Numbered from the stretch's first letter, positions 28,278-37,503 are shown. The stretch is DNA of 64,000 nt from Dehalococcoidia bacterium (GCA_964291495.2 OZ219871.1:320001-384000); one strand, 5' to 3'. Notes: generated by a model from the letters alone, not told the origin. Translations and numbers: made by a program.

Positions 28278-29600
28278 CTAGACCACGTTGAGCAGGAGGT
28301 CGCCGCCGCGCAGCGCCCCCGCGCGTTGACCGCGCAGCGACCAGGACGTCGTCTCCGCGACCTCGACATCAACGAGCTCGCCGAGCAGCTCAGCGCCGTC
28401 GAAGTGCACGATGCGCCCGCCGCGCGTCCGGCCGCTGGCGCGGCCCTCCTCCTCGCGCTCGACGAGGACCTCGACGGTCTCGCCGAGCAGTCTGCGGTTG
28501 CGGGCGCCGGCGCTCTCGGCGTGGATCGCCTCGATCACCTTGAGGCGCGCCTTCTTGACCTCGCGCGGCACGTCGTCGGCGAGCTTGCGGTAGGCGAATG
28601 TGCCGGGGCGCGGCGAGTAGGCGGCGACGTGGATCACGTCGAAGCCGATCCGCTCGAGGAGCGCGACGGTGCTCGCGAACTCCTCGTCGGTCTCGCCGGG
28701 GCAGCCGACGATCACGTCGGTGGCGATCGCGGCGTCGGGCATGCGGCTGCGGATGCGCTCGACGCGCTCCTCGTACTCGGCGACGGTGTAGCCGCGCCGC
28801 ATCCGCTCCAGCATCCGGTCGTCGCCGGACTGCACGGGGATGTTGAAGTGCTCGCAGACCTTCGGTAGGTCGGCGACGGCGTCGATGATGCGGTCCGTCA
28901 TGTCCTTCGGGTACGAGGTGAGGAAGCGCGTGCGCGCGATGCCCTCGATCGCCTCGATGCCCTCGAACAGCGTGGCGAGGTCGGCCCGCTCCTCGAGGTC
29001 GTGGCCGTAGGCCTCGACGGTCTGGCCGAGCAGCGTAACCTCGCGCACGCCGCGGGCGGCGAGGAAGCGCACCTCGCCGAGCACCTCGGCGACGGGCCGC
29101 GAGCGCTCGCGCCCGCGCCGCAGCGGGACGATGCAGTAGGTGCAGAACTTGTCGCAGCCGTGGACCACGGGCACGTAGGCCGTCGGGCCGGTCGGCTCGC
29201 CGAAGGTCTCGGTCCAGAACTCGCCCTCGGAGACGTCGCGGGCCAGCCCGGCAGCCTCGAGGATCGGCTCGTACTCCTGCGGCCGCGCCCAGACGTCGAC
29301 CCAGGGGAAGCGGCGCGCGAGGGCGGCGCGCTCGCTGTCGCCCTCGGGGCCGACCATGCAGCCCATGACGGCGATCTGGAACGTCTCGCCGCGCTTGCGG
29401 CGCTGGTTGAGGGCGTGGAGGCGACCGCCGGCGCGGTCCTCGGCGTGCTGGCGGACAGCGCAGGTGTTGACGACGGCGAGGTCGGCGCGCGCGGGGTCCT
29501 CGGCGGGCGTGTAGCCCGTGCGCTCGAGGCCGGCGGCGAGGCGCAGGGAGTCGGCCTGGTTCATCTGGCAGCCGAGCGTCCAGATGTGGAAGGTGGGCAC
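28278..29600 (-). CDS. miaB: tRNA i6A37 methylthiotransferase
   Basis: TLGCQMN..DS, NTCAVR..AE, GCDKFCTYC, YSPRPGT, TRAM domain. Confidence 0.95.
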   Translation of the reverse strand: MPTFHIWTLGCQMNQADSLRLAAGLERTGYTPAEDPARADLAVVNTCAVRQHAEDRAGGRLHALNQRRKRGETFQIAVMGCMVGPEGDSERAALARRFPWVDVWARPQEYEPILEAAGLARDVSEGEFWTETFGEPTGPTAYVPVVHGCDKFCTYCIVPLRRGRERSRPVAEVLGEVRFLAARGVREVTLLGQTVEAYGHDLEERADLATLFEGIEAIEGIARTRFLTSYPKDMTDRIIDAVADLPKVCEHFNIPVQSGDDRMLERMRRGYTVAEYEERVERIRSRMPDAAIATDVIVGCPGETDEEFASTVALLERIGFDVIHVAAYSPRPGTFAYRKLADDVPREVKKARLKVIEAIHAESAGARNRRLLGETVEVLVEREEEGRASGRTRGGRIVHFDGAELLGELVDVEVAETTSWSLRGQRAGALRGGDLLLNVV

Positions 29601-29676
29601 GAGGCTGCTCCGTCCGGCGTGGGGCGCTGGCCCGCGCGACTCGCCTCGGTGGTTCCGGGGCGGGTGCGGGTGCGTC

Positions 29677-29765
29677 TGGCGGAGGGGGCGGGATTCGAAC
29701 CCGCGATCCCGAACAGGGATAAGCGCTTAGCAGGCGCCCGCACTAGGCCACTATGCGACCCCTCC
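29677..29765 (-). tRNA. tRNA-Ser(GCT)
   Basis: GGAGGGG...GGCGC-CT GCT AA-GCGCT, long variable arm, GGTTCGAATCC, encoded CCA. Confidence 0.96.
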
Positions 29766-29819
29766 ACGAGCGATCGTAGGGCGGGGGGCGTGCGGGCGGC
29801 AAGGTGGGGCGGCCGTGCA

Positions 29820-29882
29820 TTGACGCTCGGCGCGACGGACGTTGAGATCGAAGACCACCGTGAAGAGCGAGGAAGACCGTAA
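29820..29882 (+). pseudogene. higB: C-terminal remnant of a HigB toxin
   Basis: Reads LTLGATDVEIEDH, resembling the HigB C-terminal GxAxDVEIxDYH; directly before higA; no N-terminal part seen. Confidence 0.55.
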
Positions 29883-29884
29883 AG

Positions 29885-30175
29885 ATGTTCAGGCAGGCGG
29901 TGCACCCGGGAGAGATCCTCAGGGACGAGCTGGCCGAGTTCGGCGTCACGCCGACGGAGTTCGCCCGCCAGATCGACGTGCCGCCGAACCGCATCAGTCA
30001 GATCATCGCCGGCAAGCGGTCCGTCACGGGCGACACCGCGCTTCGACTCGGGCACTGGTTCGGTGTCGACCCGCAGTTCTGGCTGAACCTCCAGGCGCAG
30101 TTCGACCTCGCGGCGGCCGATCGGCTCGTTGGCGACGCCGTGGAGCAGCTTCCAACGGCGGCCGGGAGTTCGTAA
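29885..30175 (+). CDS. higA: HigA-family antitoxin (orphan)
   Basis: VHPGEIL, NRISQII.GKR.VT.DTALRL, FWLNLQ. Confidence 0.92.
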   Translation: MFRQAVHPGEILRDELAEFGVTPTEFARQIDVPPNRISQIIAGKRSVTGDTALRLGHWFGVDPQFWLNLQAQFDLAAADRLVGDAVEQLPTAAGSS

Positions 30176-30178
30176 CGC

Positions 30179-30203
30179 GGCTGTCGAGCCCACATCGACA
30201 GCC
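30179..30203 (+). terminator. GC hairpin after higA
   Basis: GGCTGTCGA-gcccaca-TCGACAGCC; no U-tract. Confidence 0.4.
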
Positions 30204-30224
30204 CGCTCGCACACACCCGGAGGT

Positions 30225-30290
30225 TTGACGCCCCTCGGGTACTTCGCGTACCATGTACGCTGTCACTTAGCGTACTTCGTACACGAAGTG
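30225..30290 (+). promoter_or_regulatory. nadA promoter with two tandem NrtR boxes
   Basis: TTGACG (30225-30230), 18 bp, TACCAT (30249-30254); GT-N7-AC dyads at 30248-30258 (gcGTACcatGTACgc) and 30272-30282 (cacttagcGTACttcGTACacgaagtg). Confidence 0.8.
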
Positions 30291-30350
30291 TAGAGCGCGG
30301 CTGCCGCGTCGCTCTCGCGTCCGCAGCGCCGCAGGAATGAGGGCTCCCCC

Positions 30351-31547
30351 ATGGTCTCCTCGATCTCACGTCCCGTCCCGCAGCTCCAGTGCGAGTCCGA
30401 CTTCGGGATCGAGACGCTGCCGCTCTCACAGGAGGCCTCCTTCGGCTCCTGGCAGCGCGAGATTCCCGAGGCCTACTGGCAGCTCGGCAGCGACGACCTC
30501 GTCGCGCGGGTGCGCGAGGCGCGCGCCAGCCTCGGCGGCCGCGCCGTCATCCTCGGTCATCACTACCAGCGCGAGGACATCATCCAGTTCGCCGACGAGC
30601 GCGGCGACTCGTTCATGCTCGCCCAGTACGCCGCCGAGCGCCCCGAGTCCGAGTACATCGTCTTCTGCGGCGTGCACTTCATGGCCGAGGCAGCCGACAT
30701 CCTCTCCGCCTCGCACCAGCAGGTCGTGCTGCCCAACATGGAGGCCGGCTGCTCGATGGCGGACATGGCCGCGCCCGCCGACGTGCATGTCGCCTGGCGC
30801 GAGCTCGGCGACCTGTTCGGGTCGACCGAGGACCTGATCCCCGTCACCTACATGAACTCGGCGGCCTCGCTGAAGGCGTTCTGCGGCGAGCACGGCGGCG
30901 TGGTCTGCACCTCCTCGAACGCAGTGAAGGTGCTGGAGTGGGCGTTCGAGCAGGGCAAGCGCGTCTTCTTCTTCCCGGACCAGCACCTCGGCCGCAACAC
31001 CGGCCACGCGATGGGCATCCCGCTCGAGGAGATGACGCTCTGGAACTGGCGGCTGCCCGCGGGCAACCTCGGCGGCGCCGCGCCGGAGCAGCTCGAGCGC
31101 TCGCGCGTCATCCTCTGGCAGGGCCACTGCTCCGTGCACCAGCGCTTCACGACGACGCAGATCGAGGAGGCGCGCGAGCGCTACCCGGACGTGCAAATCG
31201 TCGTCCACCCCGAGTGCCGCTACGACATCGTCCAGGCCGCCGACGCGATCGGCTCGACGGCCTACATCGCCAACTACGTCGCCGAGGCGCCCGCCGGCTC
31301 GGTGATCGGCGTGGGGACCGAGATCAACCTCGTCTCGCGGCTGGCGAAGGAGAACCCGGACAAGACGGTGTTCTGCCTCGACCCGGTCGTCTGCCCGTGC
31401 AGCACGATGTACCGCGTCCACCCCGCCTACCTCGCCTGGGTGATGGAGTCGCTGGCGGCCGGGCACGTCGTGAACCAGATCGTCGTGCCGGAGGAGGTGC
31501 AGGCGCACGCCCGCATCGCCCTCGAGCGCATGCTGGCGCTGCGCTAG
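30351..31547 (+). CDS. nadA: quinolinate synthase
   Basis: ILGHHYQ, FCGVHFMAE, AGCSMADM, CTSSNA, PDQHLGRN, CSVH, HPEC, CPCSTM. Confidence 0.96.
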   Translation: MVSSISRPVPQLQCESDFGIETLPLSQEASFGSWQREIPEAYWQLGSDDLVARVREARASLGGRAVILGHHYQREDIIQFADERGDSFMLAQYAAERPESEYIVFCGVHFMAEAADILSASHQQVVLPNMEAGCSMADMAAPADVHVAWRELGDLFGSTEDLIPVTYMNSAASLKAFCGEHGGVVCTSSNAVKVLEWAFEQGKRVFFFPDQHLGRNTGHAMGIPLEEMTLWNWRLPAGNLGGAAPEQLERSRVILWQGHCSVHQRFTTTQIEEARERYPDVQIVVHPECRYDIVQAADAIGSTAYIANYVAEAPAGSVIGVGTEINLVSRLAKENPDKTVFCLDPVVCPCSTMYRVHPAYLAWVMESLAAGHVVNQIVVPEEVQAHARIALERMLALR

Positions 31548-31559
31548 CCGCGGCATCCC

Positions 31560-33158
31560 GTGTCGGCACACTCCCCAGCCCCACCGCCCGAGACCGCGCG
31601 CGAGTTGCTGCGCGCCGACCTGCTCGTGATCGGCTCCGGCATCGCCGGGCTGTTCGTCGCCCTCCAGGCGCACGAGCGCGGCGCCCGGGTGCTGGTCGTC
31701 ACCAAGAGCGCGATCGACGAGGCGAGCACGCGCTACGCCCAGGGCGGCATCAGCGCCGCGATCGGCCCCGGCGACTCGCCGGAGCTGCACCTGCGCGACA
31801 CCATCGAGGCCGGCGCGGGGCTCGTCGACGCCGCCGCCGCTCGCGTGCTCGTCGAGGAGGCCGCCGGGCGCATCGCCGACCTCGGCGGCTACGGGGTGCG
31901 CTTCGACGAGGCCGAGGGCGAGGCGGCGCTCGGCAAGGAGGGCGCGCACTCGACGCGGCGCGTGCTGCGCGCGCGCGGCGACCAGACCGGGCTGGAGATC
32001 GAGCTCTCGCTCTCCTCGCTGGTCCAGCGCGAGGGCATCACAGTGCTGGAGCACGCGCTCGCCGAGCGGCTGATCGTCGCCGACGGGCGCGCGATCGGCG
32101 CCGACGTGCTCTGCGCCGACGACGGCGCACGACTGCGCTGCGAGGCGGACACGGTCGTCCTCGCGACCGGCGGGGCGGGCCAGGTCTACCGCGTGACGAC
32201 GAACCCGCCGATCGCGACCGGGGACGGGATCGCGCTCGCCTTCCGCGCGGGGGCCGAGGTCCAGGACATGGAGTTCACGCAGTTCCACCCGACGGCGCTG
32301 CGGCTGCCGGGCCAGCCCTCGTTCCTGATCTCCGAGGCGGTGCGCGGCGAGGGCGCCCTGCTGTTCGATACCGCGGGGCGGCGCTTCATGGCGGACCTCG
32401 ACCCGGCGGCGGAGCTGGCGCCGCGCAACATCGTCGCGCTGGCGGAGCTGGCGCAGATGCGCGCGACCGGCAGCGATCACGTGCTGCTCGACATCACGCA
32501 CCGCGAGGCCTCGTGGCTCGCCGCACGCTTCCCAAACATCTACCGCACCTGCCTCGCCGCCGGCCTCGACATGGCGCGCGACCGCATCCCGGTCTCACCG
32601 GCCGCGCACTACACGATGGGCGGCGTGCGCACCGACACGTGGGGCCGCACGACGCTGCCCGGCCTCTACGCGGTCGGCGAGGTGACCTGCACCGGCGTGC
32701 ACGGCGCGAACCGCCTCGCCAGCAACTCCCTGCTCGAATCGGTCGTCTTCGCCCACCGCCTCGTCGACGCGCTCTACGGCGGCCCCCTCCCCGAGGGCGA
32801 AAGCGAGCCGCCGGCGCTCAGCGAGGACGCGCAGACGCTGGATGCCGGGGCGGCTGGTCCCGCCTCGGAGGCGCCATCGCGCGAGGACGTGCGGGCGCTG
32901 ATGTGGAGCGAGGCCGGCCTCGAGCGCGAGGGCGAGCGCCTGCGCGCTGCCGCCGCGCAACTCGCCGCCTGGGAGGGCACGCTGCCCGACCCGCGCACGC
33001 GCGAGGAGCACGAGGTGGCCTCGCTGCTCACGTGCGGGCGGCTGATCACGGAGGCCGCGCTGCTGCGCGAGGAGTCGCGCGGCGCGCACTACCGGCGGGA
33101 CTTCCCGGAGCAGCGGCCGGAGTGGCGGCGGCGGCTCGTGTTCCGCGCGCTCGCCTAG
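31560..33158 (+). CDS. nadB: L-aspartate oxidase
   Basis: GSGIAG, YAQGGI, EGAHS..R, QFHPT, SEAVRGEG, HYTMGG, HGANRLASNSL, ESRGAH. Confidence 0.96.
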   Translation: MSAHSPAPPPETARELLRADLLVIGSGIAGLFVALQAHERGARVLVVTKSAIDEASTRYAQGGISAAIGPGDSPELHLRDTIEAGAGLVDAAAARVLVEEAAGRIADLGGYGVRFDEAEGEAALGKEGAHSTRRVLRARGDQTGLEIELSLSSLVQREGITVLEHALAERLIVADGRAIGADVLCADDGARLRCEADTVVLATGGAGQVYRVTTNPPIATGDGIALAFRAGAEVQDMEFTQFHPTALRLPGQPSFLISEAVRGEGALLFDTAGRRFMADLDPAAELAPRNIVALAELAQMRATGSDHVLLDITHREASWLAARFPNIYRTCLAAGLDMARDRIPVSPAAHYTMGGVRTDTWGRTTLPGLYAVGEVTCTGVHGANRLASNSLLESVVFAHRLVDALYGGPLPEGESEPPALSEDAQTLDAGAAGPASEAPSREDVRALMWSEAGLEREGERLRAAAAQLAAWEGTLPDPRTREEHEVASLLTCGRLITEAALLREESRGAHYRRDFPEQRPEWRRRLVFRALA

Positions 33159-33167
33159 GCCGCCGTC

Positions 33168-34172
33168 GTGACTCCGGCGCCACGCCTCCCCCTCCGGCCC
33201 CCTCTCCGCGGGGAGAGGGTGGGGGTGAAGGGGAGGACTCCCGCGCCCCTTCGAGAGCCCCGATGGCGCAACGAAACTCCAGAGGGCGGGCCCTCCCTCA
33301 CCGTGACCCCCTCCCCGCGGAGACCCTTGCGAAACTCCCACAAGCCGGATCCGGCCCCCTCTCCCTGGGGAGAGGGCGGGGGCGAGGGGGAGGACTCCCG
33401 CGCCCCTTCGAAAGCCCCGACGGCGCAACGAAACTCCGAGGGCGGACCCTCCCTCACCCTGACCCTCTCCCTTGGGGAGAGGGGACCGGAGGGGATGCGC
33501 GCCCTGCTGTTCGACTTCGACCACACGCTCGCCGACCTCGGCTCGCACGTGCGCTGGGGCGACGCCCGGCGCGAGCAGCTGGCCTGGTACGAGGAGCGCG
33601 GCGTTCCCAGCGAGGCGCTCGGCTCCGGCGCCGTGAGCCTCTACGCGCGGGTCGCGGCCTCCCGCCTGCTGCCCGAAGCCACCCGCGAGGCGACGCTGCG
33701 CGGGGCCGCGGCGATCCTCGAGCGCTACGAGGGCGAGGCGATCGCGAAGACGCGCCTGCTGCCCGGCGTACGCGAGGCGCTGGGGACACTCGAAGGCTCC
33801 GGCCTGCTCGCGGGCGTCGTCAGCTCCAACTCGCGCGAGGTCGTGCGCGCCATCCTCGAACGGCAGGGAATAGCGGAACACTTCGCCGTCATCGTGGGCC
33901 GCGAGGACGTGCGGCTGCCCAAGCCCGCGCCCGAGGGCCTGTTGCTCGCCTGCGAGCGCCTCGGCGTCGCGCCGCACGAGGCCGTCTACGCCGGCGACAA
34001 CGTCGCCGACATCGAGGCCGCACGCGCCGCCGGGCTGCCCGCCTGCGGCGTGCGCGGCGGCGACTCCAGCGAGGAGGCGCTGTGGGAGGCGGGCGCGGCG
34101 GCGGTCCTCGATGGCGTCGAGCCGCTCGTCGCTGCCGTGCTGCATACCGCGCGCCCGGAGCGCGTCGCGTGA
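33168..34172 (+). CDS. HAD-superfamily phosphatase (alternative start ATG 33495 at the end of the repeat)
   Basis: LLFDFDHT, VVSSN, PKP.PE, AGDNVADI; its TGA overlaps the nadC GTG. Confidence 0.85.
   Translation: MTPAPRLPLRPPLRGERVGVKGRTPAPLREPRWRNETPEGGPSLTVTPSPRRPLRNSHKPDPAPSPWGEGGGEGEDSRAPSKAPTAQRNSEGGPSLTLTLSLGERGPEGMRALLFDFDHTLADLGSHVRWGDARREQLAWYEERGVPSEALGSGAVSLYARVAASRLLPEATREATLRGAAAILERYEGEAIAKTRLLPGVREALGTLEGSGLLAGVVSSNSREVVRAILERQGIAEHFAVIVGREDVRLPKPAPEGLLLACERLGVAPHEAVYAGDNVADIEAARAAGLPACGVRGGDSSEEALWEAGAAAVLDGVEPLVAAVLHTARPERVA
33183..33499. repeat. MITE/BIME-like element built from boxC-like palindromes, copy A (two tandem modules)
   Basis: About 24-bp terminal inverted repeats (cgcctccccctccggccccctctcc ... 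ggagaggggaccggaggggatgcg); duplicated linker gaggactcccgcgccccttcga...ggcgcaacgaaactcc; CCCTCTCCC-N-GGGAGAGGG hairpins. Confidence 0.85.
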
Positions 34173-35050
34173 GCGGCGCGGCGGAGGGACTGCGGCCGCC
34201 GGACGGCGCCGCCCTGCGCGAGGCCGTCGCGCGCGCCCTCGCCGAGGACCGTGTCCTGCAGGACGTGACGACGCAGGCGACCGTGCCGCCGGACCAGTCG
34301 GGGCGCGGGACGCTGCTGATCAAGCAGGACGGCGTGCTCTGCGGGCTGGACCTGATTCGCGAGGTCTACCGCCAGCTCGGCGGTGTCGTGGCCCTCGAGG
34401 CGCTCGCCGCCGACGGCGACGCCGTCACCGCCGGGCAGGTCGTCGCGAAGCTCGGCGGGCCGCTCGCGGCGCTGCTCTCGGGCGAGCGGGTCGCGCTCAA
34501 CTTCCTGCAGCGGCTGAGTGGAACCGCGACGCTGACGCGCGCCTTCGTCGAGCGCGCCGCCGAGGGCGGAGCGGCGCGGATCACGGACACGCGCAAGACG
34601 ACGCCGGGGCTGCGCGCGCTGGAGCGCTACGCCGTCCGCGCCGGGGGCGGACACAACCACCGCGACACCCTCGCCGACGGCGTGCTGATCAAGGACAACC
34701 ACCTCGCCGCCGCCGCCGCGCGCGGGATCGCGCTGCCCGAGCTGCTGCGCGAGGCGCGCGAGCGCGCTCCGCACACCCACCGCATCGAGGTCGAGGCGCC
34801 CGATGTGGAGACGGCCCTGCTCGCGATCGAGGCGGGCGCGGACATCGTGATGCTCGACAACATGCCGGTCGCCGCAATGCGCGAGGCCGTCGAGGCGGCC
34901 GGCGGGCGCGCGGTGCTCGAGGCCTCGGGCGGGGTGAACCTCGAGACCGTGTGCGAGATCGCGGCGACGGGGGTGGACTTGATCTCGGTCGGGGCGCTGA
35001 CGCACTCCGCGCCGGCCCTCGACATCTCGCTGGAGGTGGAGCCGGGATGA
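34169..35050 (+). CDS. nadC: quinolinate phosphoribosyltransferase
   Basis: EDR..QDVTT, ERVALNFLQ, DTRKTTPG, LIKDNH, MLDN, EASGG, GALTHS (C-terminal part of track ORF 30389..35050). Confidence 0.96.
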   Translation: MSGAAEGLRPPDGAALREAVARALAEDRVLQDVTTQATVPPDQSGRGTLLIKQDGVLCGLDLIREVYRQLGGVVALEALAADGDAVTAGQVVAKLGGPLAALLSGERVALNFLQRLSGTATLTRAFVERAAEGGAARITDTRKTTPGLRALERYAVRAGGGHNHRDTLADGVLIKDNHLAAAAARGIALPELLREARERAPHTHRIEVEAPDVETALLAIEAGADIVMLDNMPVAAMREAVEAAGGRAVLEASGGVNLETVCEIAATGVDLISVGALTHSAPALDISLEVEPG

Positions 35051-35586
35051 ACCAGGTGATCGTCATCTCGGGGCCGCCGGGGGCCGGCAAGAGCGCGGTC
35101 GCCGGGGCGATCTGCGAGCGCTTCGACCGCATGCTGCTGATCGAGGTCGACGAGCTGCGGCGCTGGGTCTGCGCCGGCTACCGCCGCCCCTGGGACGGCG
35201 ACGCGCAGGCCGAGGAGCAGCTGCGGCTCGGCGCGCGCGCCGCCTGCGCCGTCGCCCGCGAGGCAATCGCGACGCGCTACGCCGTCGCGATCTGCGACAT
35301 CGCCGACCCGGCACTGGCCGAGGTCTACCGCGATGCCCTCGAGGGCGTCGGCGCGGCGGTGCACTTCGTGACGCTGCTCCCCGACGTCCGGGCGACGCTT
35401 ACGCGCGGGGGCGAGGCGCAGGCCGAGCAGACGCGCGAAGTCCACGCACGGCTCAGCGCGGCGCACGAGGCCAGCGAGCTGCCCGGCGCGGTCCTCGACA
35501 GCTCCGAGGACGCGGACGCGTACTTCACCGCCGACCGCCTGCAGGAGCTGGTCGCGCGCGGCGAGGCGCTGCTGCTGCCGGAGTAG
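35047..35586 (+). CDS. P-loop kinase (AAA_33 / nucleoside-kinase-like)
   Basis: MNQVIVISGPPGAGKS Walker A, IEVDELR; ATGA overlap with nadC. Confidence 0.8.
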   Translation: MNQVIVISGPPGAGKSAVAGAICERFDRMLLIEVDELRRWVCAGYRRPWDGDAQAEEQLRLGARAACAVAREAIATRYAVAICDIADPALAEVYRDALEGVGAAVHFVTLLPDVRATLTRGGEAQAEQTREVHARLSAAHEASELPGAVLDSSEDADAYFTADRLQELVARGEALLLPE

Positions 35587-35604
35587 CGAGCCGCGAGCGG
35601 CTCC

Positions 35605-36048
35605 CTATGCCTCGCTATCGAGGGTGATCGTCACCGGGCCGTCGTTCGTGCTCTCGACCGCCATCATCGCGCCGAAGCGGCCCTCGGCGACCGTCACGCC
35701 GAGGGCGCGCAGCTCCGCGCAGACGGCCGCGACCAGCGGCTCGGCGTCCTCGGGCGGGGCGGCGTCGAAGAAGGAGGGGCGGCGGCCCTTGCGCGTGTCG
35801 GCGAGCAGCGTGAACTGCGAGACGATCAGCGCCGCGCCGCTCACGTCGAGCAGCGAGCGATCGATCGGGCGCGTGTCGCTCGGGAAGATCCGCAGCTCGG
35901 CGACCTTCTTCGCCAGCCACCGAGCCTGCGCCTCGCCGTCGCCCGCCGCGACGCCGACGTAGACGAGCAGGCCGCGCCCGATCTCGCCGCTGACTTCGCC
36001 TTCGACGGTGACGCGCGCCCGATCGACGCGCTGCACGACGGCTCGCAT
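35605..36048 (-). CDS. dtd: D-aminoacyl-tRNA deacylase
   Basis: [27 protein letters not shown]. Confidence 0.95.
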   Translation of the reverse strand: MRAVVQRVDRARVTVEGEVSGEIGRGLLVYVGVAAGDGEAQARWLAKKVAELRIFPSDTRPIDRSLLDVSGAALIVSQFTLLADTRKGRRPSFFDAAPPEDAEPLVAAVCAELRALGVTVAEGRFGAMMAVESTNDGPVTITLDSEA

Positions 36049-36065
36049 CGGGGGTCTCGAGGCGC

Positions 36066-36425
36066 CTAGTTGCTCTTGTCGCTGGAGCTGCGCGAGCCGC
36101 CGGTGGTGGTCTTCGCCTCGTCCGCCTTCTTCTTTGCGGCGACGGACTCTTTCCTGGCCTCGCGCTCGTTAGTTGCGGCCTCGGCGGCGAGCACACGGTC
36201 GGACTTCTCGGAATCGTCGCCCTCGGAGGTGGCGGGGGCGCGCTTCGAGGTAGAGCGGCTGTCGGTCTTGTACCAGCCGGAGCCCTTGAAGACGACGGGC
36301 GGGGCATGGATCACGCGCCGGGCGGTCTCCCCGCACTCGTCGCACGGCTGCTGCGCGGGCGAGCCGAAGGGCTCGCGCTTCTCGTAGCGATGGCCCTCGG
36401 CGCAGAGGTAGTCGTAGGTGGGCAC
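36066..36425 (-). CDS. FmdB-family zinc-ribbon protein
   Basis: [22 protein letters not shown]; GTG 36425. Confidence 0.88.
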   Translation of the reverse strand: MPTYDYLCAEGHRYEKREPFGSPAQQPCDECGETARRVIHAPPVVFKGSGWYKTDSRSTSKRAPATSEGDDSEKSDRVLAAEAATNEREARKESVAAKKKADEAKTTTGGSRSSSDKSN

Positions 36426-36573
36426 GGCGGGGGAGTCTCCGTCGGGTCGTTCGCACGGCAACGCCGCAGGAAACGCTCCCGCGGCGTGCGAGTCAGTGTA
36501 CGTAAGGGCCGATCAGGCCACAAGCGGCGGAGCTACGGTCTCGAGTTGGCGCTCGCGTGGCGAGACCACAATC

Positions 36574-36972
36574 TCACTCGGTGGCGTCCGACCGGCTCAA
36601 TTGGCCGGGCCAGGCGAGGATCCGCTGATCTGCCGTGACGAGTTGATGGTTTTCGAGGGCCGTCGCGACGATCAGCCGATCGGCGGGGTCGCCATGCATG
36701 GCGGGCAGCAGGCCCGCGCGGGCCGCGATGCGGCCATCGACGGGTATCTCGACCAACCCCTGATTGATGAGGTCGCGGCGCCAGGCATCCAGGTTCAGGG
36801 CAAAGTCGAGATCGCCCTTCTGGACTCGCATGCCGATCTCCCAGAAGGAGATGGCCGACACTGCCGCCTCGCCCGCGTGTAGGGAGCGTTCGAGAAGTTG
36901 GCGAGTCCTGCGCCCAAGTCTCCGGTCGCCTTGCTCCTGCCACACCAGCACATGGGTGTCGAGCAGTATCAA
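36574..36972 (-). CDS. vapC: VapC PIN-domain toxin
   Basis: ILLDTHVLVW, SFWEI, HGDPADRLIVA, LVTAD; TTG start overlaps the antitoxin TGA. Confidence 0.92.
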   Translation of the reverse strand: MILLDTHVLVWQEQGDRRLGRRTRQLLERSLHAGEAAVSAISFWEIGMRVQKGDLDFALNLDAWRRDLINQGLVEIPVDGRIAARAGLLPAMHGDPADRLIVATALENHQLVTADQRILAWPGQLSRSDATE

Positions 36973-37253
36973 AGCGGATCCTGCCCGGAGTGGGCAGCGT
37001 CTTCGAACCACTCCGCGGGCATCGGCTCGACGATGTCGCCAAGGATCTTGATCTTGTCCCGGTTCCGGCCGAACACCATGCTCGGCTTCTCCCGATAGGG
37101 TGCTAGCCGTGACACCGGACGACCGTTCTTGGTGATGACTATCTCCTCGCCGCTCTCGGCGACCTCGTCCATGAGCTTGAGACACCGGGCCTTGAACTCG
37201 GAGGCCTTGATCGTTCTCGGGCTCCCGCTGGACCAGCTGTCGGCTGACACCAT
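36969..37253 (-). CDS. Phd/YefM-family antitoxin
   Basis: IKASEFKARCLKLMDEV, IVITKNGRPVSRL. Confidence 0.92.
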   Translation of the reverse strand: MVSADSWSSGSPRTIKASEFKARCLKLMDEVAESGEEIVITKNGRPVSRLAPYREKPSMVFGRNRDKIKILGDIVEPMPAEWFEDAAHSGQDPL

Positions 37254-37282
37254 TGCTGTCTCCCGTTCCGCATCACCACCAT

Positions 37283-37302
37283 ACCATGGTCACGACCATG
37301 GT
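37283..37302. promoter_or_regulatory. TA operator
   Basis: ACCATGGT-cacg-ACCATGGT, two 8-bp palindromes upstream of the antitoxin. Confidence 0.7.
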
Positions 37303-37410
37303 CGCATCGCGGGCTGGGACGGAAGTCCACCGATCCGGTCTCGTAGTCCCCGCACGGGGCAGGCTTCCCAGGCGTCGCATGCCCGGTAGCCCCTGCGCCG
37401 GGCCTGTGGC

Positions 37411-37487
37411 TATACTCGGTGGCTCGCAGACACCGTCGCGAGAGGCGTGCGGCGGGCCGCCGACAGCCCGCCAGTTCGAGGCGTAAC
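37411..37487 (+). ncRNA. rpsB promoter -10 and S2-responsive leader (t44-like)
   Basis: TATACT at 37411; ACAC...GGCGTGC, hairpin ggcgggc...gcccgcc, GAGGCGTAAC, recalled as similar to the E. coli rpsB leader. Confidence 0.5.
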
Positions 37488-37503
37488 GCGCCGAGGGAGT
37501 GCC

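Noticed and set aside
33183-33499. Repeat region as a CRISPR array
   Set aside because: The spacers are themselves repeated, the units alternate in orientation, and no cas genes are present.
30389-34168. 1553-aa ORF spanning the nad operon
   Set aside because: Only the last 293 aa are NadC. The rest is an Arg/Gly/Pro-rich alternative frame over nadA, nadB and HAD, expected at this GC content.
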